A stretch of DNA of 60,183 nucleotides, the filler included, from Dugesia japonica (Eukaryota), in assembly GCA_001938525.1 (NCBI GenBank). It is 6 parts of 6 records of this genome, joined end to end, with 100 filler letters (N's around TTAATTAATTAA, not from the genome) between each part and the next. Parts side by side here need not be neighbours in the genome. Positions count along the whole stretch, not along the records: positions 50,682 to 60,183 come from MQRL01642383.1; 5 more parts are not named here. One strand, given 5' to 3'. Position numbers and translations under genes: made by a program. The notes below the pieces were generated by a model. That model saw only the letters and a list, made by a program, of their open reading frames with translations, had not been told where the DNA came from and did not search any database. This document shows positions 51,560-60,183 of the stretch, one piece after another. The first letter of the stretch is position 1, and each line of letters opens with the position of its first letter.

Positions 51560-51942
51560 ATTTAAACCGCGGGTCTTTCTATGAAAATGGTCCAAAAAAT
51601 GAAAGATATGTTGCAAATAGTGGATTTCTTAATTTACCAAGTTTTCAAAACTTTTTAAATATAAATAATATTAAAATGTAAATATTTTATTTTAGCAATC
51701 AAAGAGGTAGTGAGGTATAAATTATTAGGAGTTATTGATCATTTTGGTACAAGTCAAGATGGTCATTACATTGCAAAAGCTTATCTAAAAAATTTTTGGT
51801 GGATATTTAATGATGAAATGTTTGTTAAATCGTTATGTATTTTCCATCGAATTAATAATACTCTAGAATTTTACCAATGAAGAAATCAATTTATTCTATT
51901 GTTTCTAAAAATAGCGTTATGTTCATTTTTCAAAAATATTAA
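51560..51942 (+). CDS. Ubiquitin-specific protease (C19 family), last three exons: 51560-51640, 51696-51819, 51867-51942
   Basis: Spliced LNRG...KNERYV...FLNLP / YKLLGVIDHFGTSQDGHYIAKAYLKNFWWIFNDE / SKNSVMFIFQKY*: His box and catalytic Asn/Asp; 55- and 47-nt GT-AG introns keep the frame. Confidence 0.85.
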
Positions 51943-52133
51943 ATTTTTCTTTATTTTATCGGGAAAATTTTCATAGTAATTGCATTTACAATACCAATGT
52001 AATTTGTACTTTTTTTAAATAAATTATTTATTGTGCTTGTTTTCTATATTTCACCGATGGAAATTATTTACAATATTTGATATCTAATTTTTACGATAGT
52101 TAACAATAAATTCTAAATTGCTGAATTTAAATA

Positions 52134-52830
52134 TTGACCTTCATTATCAGTTTAAGTCAAGGTTATCGAAGAATAAATCGATATGATAGTTTCAACTTAC
52201 ATACAGGCTTTCTAGATATTGCTGACGCTTTTGGTAGCATCACCATCGAGCATATACTTTGTTTGCTTGGTCGTATGGGAGTGTCAAAGCGGCCTCTGGT
52301 TAGATTAGGAGATTGTAAATTGACTGTTCGAGCTACTATGGTAATAAAAATAGAATAGTGTTCCGTCAAGGATGTTACATGTCAATGTTACTTTTTAACA
52401 TTGGCGTCATAAATGAAATTTTAAAGATTCATGGAAAAGTCAGTTATGCTGGCAATTTCATCTATGTCTTGACATATGTGGATGGCCTTGCGTTGGGTGC
52501 TTCTACGAAGGACTCTCTTCAAGACATGTTTAATAACGCTGTCGGCATAGCTGATTTGTCTTTTTTAGAGTTTCGACTGTATAAATGTGCTTATCTCCAC
52601 TGCCCAGAAAGAACAGCTCACTTCTTCAAGCTGAAATTTAAGGTGAGTGCATACCTAAACTTCTTGATAATAATTCATATCATTATATTGGAGTTGATTT
52701 TAAAATAATCTAGTTTTAAAAAATCCATCGAATATGCTTGAAAAGTCTGTCCGATATTTGAAGAAGTTCACTAAAGCATATAAAACTTTCATCCATTCAA
52801 GGTTGACTTTGCTTTATTTATAATTCCGTC
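52134..52830 (+). mobile_element. Decayed non-LTR reverse transcriptase
   Basis: FLDIADAFGSI, FRQGCYMSMLLFN, LTYVDGLAL. Confidence 0.8.
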
Positions 52831-52959
52831 CTTTCCAATGTTACATTCTTTATTTGTATGAATATTTATCTTCTGCAAACTCTATTCTACGGAGAATCTC
52901 ATTTCAAGATTTCTCCTTCTCTCTCACTTTCAATGAAGTCACAAAATATTTTGATTGTT

Positions 52960-54033
52960 CGTTCAGCTAATACATTACAAAAAATTACGTCAGCAATTCT
53001 TCACGTGTCACAATAAAATTTTTCATGAGCATATAATAATTTGAAATCTTATAATATAACCATTCTTTGACCGTTTTAAAATTGGCGCATTACTGTTCTG
53101 ATCTCACTAAAGCGAGTATCAGTATTCAATATGTACTGGTTGTTTGGATCCAGAAAACATAATATTGGTGTTGTACATAAAGTTTATTTAATTTCATTCT
53201 TTGTACTCTTCAGTTCATTGAATTTATTGTTTATGACTCAGTTTTAACATATAATGGCTTTGAATGTAACAAAAATTCTTAACAAACTTTCTATAATAAT
53301 TTTCCATGCCTAAAAATAAAAGTATTTACATAATGTATTTCGATATTTCTGATTTTGTAATTTCTGAAACATTTTCTGAATTAGGTACAAAAATAACAAT
53401 TCACTTTGACATAGTTTACGGTTGTACTGATTTTGAGATCAGAATCCTAAATTCTTACATACATTTTCAGATATTTTATCATGTTCTAGTCGACCTTTTG
53501 CAAAAATATTAGATGTCATCGATGCGTACAATTAAACCTTTAAACAAAATCAGATTCAAAATTATAGGTATCAATTTTTAAAATGTAGCTGGAATAATAT
53601 AAAATTCAAATTGCATACGATTGCAGCAATATAGTTCTTTCTCTGTGGAAATAATGTTGTAATCTTAACATCCTCGTTTAATTCCACTTGATAATATACT
53701 TTCCCCAATGTCCAAAGTTAAAAATATATTATAACAAAGATGATCAAACAAGAAATAAAACCTTCTTTGTAGAACCATTCAACATTCTGAAGTCTTGGCG
53801 CATTTTAATCTCACCATTATTTTTTAATTCAATTATCAATAGTTCTTTTTACCAATAATTAAAATCATAAAATTCCAAGGACATATGCGTTCTATGATAA
53901 TATCGATTTCAATCAATTGAAAAATCAATTCATTAACCTTCTGTCCAGGTTAAATTTGTTGATGTAGATCATCAACTGTTGGTATGAAATATTTTACAAT
54001 ACGTACTTTTCCAAAATTAAAAGTATCTGACAT
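52960..54033 (-). mobile_element. Decayed gypsy RT/RNase H
   Basis: CPWN, DFRMLN, YYQVELNE, NRMQF..PATF, VRIDDI, TTPILCF..YILNTD, TREELL. Confidence 0.75.
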
Positions 54034-54112
54034 AAATATCTTTAAGAATTTTAGAAGCATTTTTATTAATTATTAACTTTTATTTAAAAAGCTGCTAATG
54101 CTGAATGATGAT

Positions 54113-54210
54113 AATTGACTTTTTAAAAAGTCAATTCCTGACGAAGACAAAGTCGAAATATCGAATCAATCTCAAAAAACAAAACAAAAAAATTTTTGAT
54201 CGAAGATTTT
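54113..54210 (+). ncRNA. Third copy of the hammerhead motif (core 54133-54167)
   Basis: AGTCAATTCCTGACGAAGACAAAGTCGAAATATCGAAT identical to 41039-41076; short inverted remnant AATTGACTTTTT/AAAAAGTCAATT upstream. Confidence 0.7.
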
Positions 54211-54443
54211 ATTTTTAATTAATTCTAAAAAACGAACAATGGTTACATCAAACAATCATTCTTGCAATAATTGCAATTGTAAAATAAAATACTCTCTTGA
54301 TTTTTCTGAATTCTATATAAACCATTTCTTGAACAAGTTAATGCTTATTTTAAAAATGCACCATTCAATTATAGATAAGATCTATCCAATTGAAAAAATC
54401 TACACTCTCTTTATAACCCCTTTATGCATCACAAATACTGGAG

Positions 54444-54851
54444 CAGGGACGTAGCCAAGGGGTAGGAGTAGGTGTTAAACCTCCCATTGACGCATGAAAG
54501 TTTTTTAATGCAACTTCATGTGCCTGGAAAAAGGTCATCCACTTAAATAATAAAAAAACAAAAAATAATTGTTATATAAAAATTGTTTTTCCTACTTTAC
54601 AAACTTTTTTTTATTATTTTATTAATTTATTTATAGTAATACTGTGACACCTGTCTGTACGCTGTACTTTCCGTACACTATAATTAATTATATTTTCTGA
54701 TATCCCATACGTTGTCTCCGTACTTTAAAGAATCAGCTAATGATGTCATTATTTAATACTTCACACCTTTGTTTTTTATGGTAGTAAACAAAAACAAATA
54801 TTTTGACAAAAATTTAAAACCCTCCTTCATATATTCCTGGCTGCGCAACTG
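54444..54851. mobile_element. hAT-type MITE
   Basis: CAGGGACGTAGCCAAGG...CCTGGCTGCGCAACTG with perfect 8-bp TSD TACTGGAG. Confidence 0.88.
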
Positions 54852-56793
54852 TACTGGAGCACATGTATCTCACTAAATTTCGGCCATTTGATTCCTTATT
54901 ATGATTATACTCCAAATTCTTATTTTAAAACCCGTTAATGGTGGTAATATCATCAGGGGCCTAAAAAAGTATGGTACCAAGAAGAGAGGAGAATTGGGAC
55001 ATTAAAAACGACCAATAATAATAACAATTTACCAATAATTTGTAAATCAATAAATAGAAGAAGATCCAGAAAATAATAAACAATGAATATTATTATAATA
55101 AATCAAAATCAAGTCATGATGATTTAAGAAATAATAATTTATCATACAAAAAATAAGGAAAATATCAATTTAATTAAAATAGAAACCACTAAAAAAATTA
55201 ATTAATTTTACTGGGAAAAAAGAAGCATAATTACCCAAAAAAATCGGGAAAGGAAATTTGAAAAGAGAAAGTCACGGGGCAACTAAATTCGGTAACAAGA
55301 AAATTGTAGCTTTTACGAAAGGCTTGATAAAGGGGTTCCAAGGTTCGGCCAATAAGAGGCCAGAAAATAAAGAAAAAACAAAGACCTGGAAAATACGAGG
55401 TGTCCTAAAAATAGGCATCAATAATGAAGTAGAAAATCTTAGAAAATTTTAGAATTTGACAAATGGCGCCGATCAGAAGTGACTAACCAAAAACAAAAAT
55501 AACTAACCAACAGGAAAGTAGTCGAAATTCACATGAAAAGCTATAAAAGCTCTCCAAACTTTAGTAGAAATCAATCACTTTTTCTTAAAATTAACTACCT
55601 GACTTACTCACTAAATCTCTTTAAAGTAAATCACATCTCCATTTAGAAAAGAACTAAAGTAATATCCCCTGTATTTAAATTTGGATTAATTTAAATTTAA
55701 GGAAGAGAAAATTTCATTCAGATAATATGATACTTAGTGCTACCTAAAGAAAATGTCAAGAAACCCGTTGCAGAAACTCAACCTCTAAATTCTAATTAGT
55801 AAGTATGAGTATATTTATGTTGGTTATTTTACATTAATTGTTTTTTTGGATAAGTAAATAAATAATATTCTGAATTAAAATTTACTTTATTCATATATCC
55901 TTTTTTATTATTATTGAATTAGATACTAGTAAATAATCACATGAATAGAGAAATTATTCTCCTCGTTTATACATTAAATAGATAAGAATCCACTGAACTA
56001 TTTATTAAATTTACAGATTTATTCGTTAAATTATCGCGAACAATTCACGATTTTGGAAACTACACATTAATGCCACAACTGTCACCGTTAATCCCGATGA
56101 CTAATGAGTAGATATTCTGAGGAACCATTCGTTTTGCAAATATGCTCAAATCTGTGAATGCTTGTAGATTAGGAAACCGCACCTAAGGTGAATTGCAATT
56201 ATGTTCACATTGTTCATGTTCTGAGTCACGAACCACAAATTTTGGACAAGAAATGAGACTCATTAATAAGTAACTGATCAAGCCGTAATTGCTTTAAGAA
56301 TGATGAATTTCTCATCGTAATCAGACATACTGGTCTTTTCCCCCAACTGCACTAAACTGAGTATGTGTGTCCAGGCTAAGTTCATGTTAGTCATAGAATT
56401 AGTTCACGGATGAATAAATTATTGGTATATTTAATAGTAATATTCTGTTTATTTGCAGTTTATGGCTAACAATGTAAGTGGAAGAATCCTGACCAATCTA
56501 CTCAGTAATATCTTTACTGATGACGTTATCATTATACCATCATTAATGATATGATTGTTATCGACTAACTTTCTTATAGTTTCCATCGTAAAATTATCAG
56601 AACCTGTCTCTCAATGTGGTTTTGTAGCACTGTTAGTGGTACTTTAAATATTATCCTTTATGATCGTCACTGCTACTAATATTATTCTGATTAGCTTTAT
56701 TGGTATTACCACCATTATTGTGTTTATTAGTTAATATAATTACGATCGTTTATTCGGTTTTATTATTCGCATTTTTATTATTATTAATATTAT

Positions 56794-58308
56794 TGTTGGG
56801 GTTTTATCTAGGTGGGTTTATTTTTTATAATTTCGTCTAGGGTGGTTGGCCTAGAAAATCCCAGCCAAGAATTTAATCTGGAATCCTAAAAAATCCAGAT
56901 CTTCAGAATGGAGCCGTTCACTCGTAGTTCGAGTAAAAACTCGCATTCCTTTAGTTTGGGTTCATACTTCAAGATACTCGCTTAATTTAAGATGCACTTA
57001 TCGTTTTCTTAAAAGATTTCTAGTTTATGGAGTGTTTATTAATCTGATTAATCCTAGTTATTTTTAATTTCATTAGTTAGGAGATTAATTATCATAAAAA
57101 CAAAAGAATTTGTGAGATAAAAATATATTGGGATTAACAAACTTCACTTATTAATAATTAAGCATATAATTACAACAATCAATATAACTATCATAGACCG
57201 AATCCCAATCCGGAGCAAACACAGCACGCGAATTGACAACAGTTCGGTAGCCAGTAACGATTGTAATGGTCCTCCATAATTTTCCATCTACCAGTTGGAA
57301 ATCATTGCACCAAAATTTCAAATGGATAAATAATTACCTTTAAGATTCTTGATTTCAGTGAATTTTCCAATAACGAAGATTGATTAATATTGCTTTTTGT
57401 TTTTTCAAGGTTCATTTTGAGTACAGATTTTCACTTAAGGATTAATTTTTTAATGTCATTATCGTCTGAAATTGAAACTAAATTTACACTGTTTTTCTTT
57501 ACACCCTCGTTTCTTTCATTGGTTACTTAACATCGTACGTTTTTTCTAATGTCTCTATTAGCTTGAATGTCACACGAGTTCATTTTATTGGTGGTTATTT
57601 TAGGATTCCAAAATTATTGGTCCATCATCAAACCTTTGAATCTTCTTTCTGAATCTTGTTATGATTTTTTAACATAAATTTTCAAATTCTCCTAATTTTT
57701 CTTGACCATAATCTTCTTAATTGCTCATTTTTTCCACCTTGGGAAGCCGTCGTTTTTGCCATATTTCACAAAATATTTAATTTTCTTTTAAAAATAAATC
57801 ATTTTAATTCGTATGATTTATTTTATTTAAATAAATGAATTATTTATTTTATTTTCTTCTTAAATATTAATTATATGCTCATTTCTTTGTTTTTCTGATC
57901 TTAAATTAATTTAAGTTCATCCTTTTTTCTTTCATTAATTAATTTAATTTATTCCTTTAATTTATTTTCTCTTTCTCCAATTATTAGTTCAATATGGTTT
58001 TCTTAGTTTTGACTAATGAACTAATTATTCATTGTTTTCTTTATCTGGCTGATAGCTTATATTACTTCTTTTCTTCCTTTCGGCTTTCTTATTTCTGAGT
58101 TGTTTCTTGCTGTAACTTTAGATTTTGCTAGTTATTACGTTGGTTTAAACTACCAGCCTAGGATTTTCTCTTAATTATTTCTTTCCTTCAATGAATTGTG
58201 ACTTTCCTTTGTCTGGATTCTTTAGTTCCCCATTTGGTGACTATCTTTTCACTTTCGACTTTACTTACTGCCATTTTTAATCTCCGTACCCGGTGTTTCA
58301 CCACAACA
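56794..58308 (-). mobile_element. Large solo LTR (1515 bp)
   Basis: TGTTGGGG...CCACAACA ends, 4-bp TSD TTAT; end motif TGTTG(T/G)GGTGAAACACCGG recurs at ~31699. Confidence 0.75.
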
Positions 58309-59062
58309 TTATATTAGTACGAATCGGGCTATTGTCATCATTTGACGCTATTACTACTGCGCTTTATCAATACTATTACGGCTATCGATAGTTTTCTAAT
58401 TATTACAACATTATTACAATTAATGTTATCATTCATCAGGTGTATTATGATTATTATCATTATTAGAGGGTGTTTTTAATATTATTATTCGTATTATTGT
58501 TGTATTTATTATTATTACCATTAAAATTACTATTCCTAATATGATTTAAATTATATTTTGTACCAGTATTGTATTATTAACCCTTTACATAGCTTAATCG
58601 ATTAGCATAACTCTATTCCCGTTAAACACGAACTATGATCTACCGAATAATATTTTAACTTTGACGAGTTCTTATAAATTTCTTTCAGGCGAATGTCTAG
58701 GATTCTAATGGACACTCTGAATCTCATACTACAGAAAAGGAAAGGAGCCCGCCAAAAGCAATTGATAGACCATCTCCTATTCCACTATATAATTCTCTTT
58801 CTGGATGAGTTGGATTTATCATGTTTTAAAGAATTGAACCCGCTTCCATAGAAAGTGGATATCTATTATGATGCGTAATTAACTGATTCGCGTTGTTAAA
58901 TATATATTTGAACTAACCATAATTTTTACTCCCTATTATAACTTCTTTGTATGAGAAATTGAGTTAAAACACTCTATATGTCTTGCATGTAGACAATTGC
59001 AAATTTTTATCCAACTATTCTCATTTACCGTTTGAATTGATAATGACCTATTTACTATTTAG

Positions 59063-60129
59063 TGGAGTTCAAATGGGAATTAATCCAAGACAAATCCACT
59101 AGCTGAATGATCTTTAAAAGATATATAAATCCGTACGATCGAAATGCTGGTGTCCTAGTGGAGTGATCTAACTTACCAGCTAAAGTTTTCTGTTTATTTA
59201 GATAATTGCATAAATCGTATACCAACATAGTTATGTCTCAACTTTGTTGTGTTCTTATTTAAAAATTTTTAAAATACATTGATCTGTAATTAATATTCGG
59301 TGCATTTGTCCGTCAATCGTTCAGAAAGTACGCGAAACCAGCGAGAACATCGAGATGTCCTGGGAGTTTTATAGGCATGTGAAAATAAAGTTGGAGGCCG
59401 ACACATCTAACGCCAACGCGAAAGTCAAGCGTTACAGAAACAAATGTCAAATGTATCGGCTCGAAGTAGAGTCTTCACACGAGCAAGAGCGGCTCTGAAA
59501 AAAGAAGTTAAAAACATTTGTTGACTCCATCCGGTCCCTCCATGACCACAAAAATAAACTAGTAGCTGACGTTTTAGAATAAAGGAAAAACATGAAGGAC
59601 GAATCTGTGCAGACTTCGCGCCCATAATTGGAATGTGACGATTCTATTTCAGTTGTAAATAAAACCTCGTTTTTTAAATATATCATCTTGTATTCGCTTA
59701 ACTTATAACTATGTTATTACCTAAATGGTGTTAAAATATATAATTTAACCTTTCATGATTTATTTATTTCTAGTGCCACGAATCCAACTGCCCACAAGTC
59801 TACGTCGGTGCTACTATCTCATTTAAAAACTACTTCTAGAGAGCTATATTAAGAGACAGAACCAACAGGCCTTGCTGCATCAGTTAACTCAAAGAAATCG
59901 ACTGATTAAAAAGTTAGACCTGATAGTGAAAAACCAAGGGGAGTTAGTAGAACACACTAGACAGATACTAAACAATAAAATTGACTTTTTACAACATTAT
60001 ATCGCCGACCTATCAAGCCGGGTGAAACAGGAAACCTGGGTTTGCTGGAATAGCCACGACGATAAGGGCGCTTTCAATTTTATGAATGGCGAGCCCAGGT
60101 TTAATGGAACCTGGGACATTAAACTATAA
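59063..60129 (+). pseudogene. Accessory cassette copy B (units 59063-~59180, ~59296-59627, 59774-60129)
   Basis: Collinear protein homology to 14538-15975: NPYxRxAGVL, AKVKRxxNKC..YRLE.ESSH, VPRIxLPTSL, LTQRNRLIK. Confidence 0.75.
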
Positions 60130-60183
60130 GTAAATAAAAAAGAATATAAACCTTTCTTATATTTTGTATTTAGATCTTGTCTT

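Noticed and set aside
53580-53640. GII(Y)KFK-like GIY-YIG motif on + near the hammerhead
   Set aside because: Better explained as the antisense of a gypsy RT with several collinear motifs
14502-60129. Genome-wide TGA=Trp reassignment
   Set aside because: Host genes use TGG for Trp, and TE remnants also contain TAA/TAG stops and frameshifts, consistent with decay

Overview
AT-rich eukaryotic (most likely invertebrate animal) DNA with short (~43-59 nt) GT-AG introns. The window is not one locus. It is six separate ~8-12 kb scaffolds joined by artificial 100-nt spacers (N44-TTAATTAATTAA-N44 at 11262, 23344, 31773, 40874, 50582), so adjacency across spacers is meaningless. Host genes are few: U1C/SNRPC (36-401, -), MAK16 (26190-26972, -), the last three exons of a USP deubiquitinase (51560-51942, +) and a Pro-rich exon (41839-42309). 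Most of the rest is nested, decayed mobile DNA: a Maverick/Polinton (adintovirus-type) remnant with protease, capsids, integrase, ATPase and a divergently oriented TBP-like gene, plus a second capsid copy; Ty3/gypsy pol/gag remnants and solo LTRs; REL-endonuclease non-LTR retrotransposons; mariner, Merlin, pogo and hAT elements and MITEs; and a probable divergent NUMT. Most notable: (i) a three-unit, splice-acceptor/polyA-punctuated accessory gene cassette starting right after the gypsy polypurine tract, found again as a diverged homolog at 59.06-60.13 kb, with a shared internal UGA; (ii) a Polinton-borne TBP-like protein; (iii) short palindromic elements carrying a minimal hammerhead ribozyme motif on both strands; (iv) coding-free fold-back elements with Polinton-type AG...CT ends and 6-bp TSDs. 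All calls come from manual reading and translation; no database searches were run.
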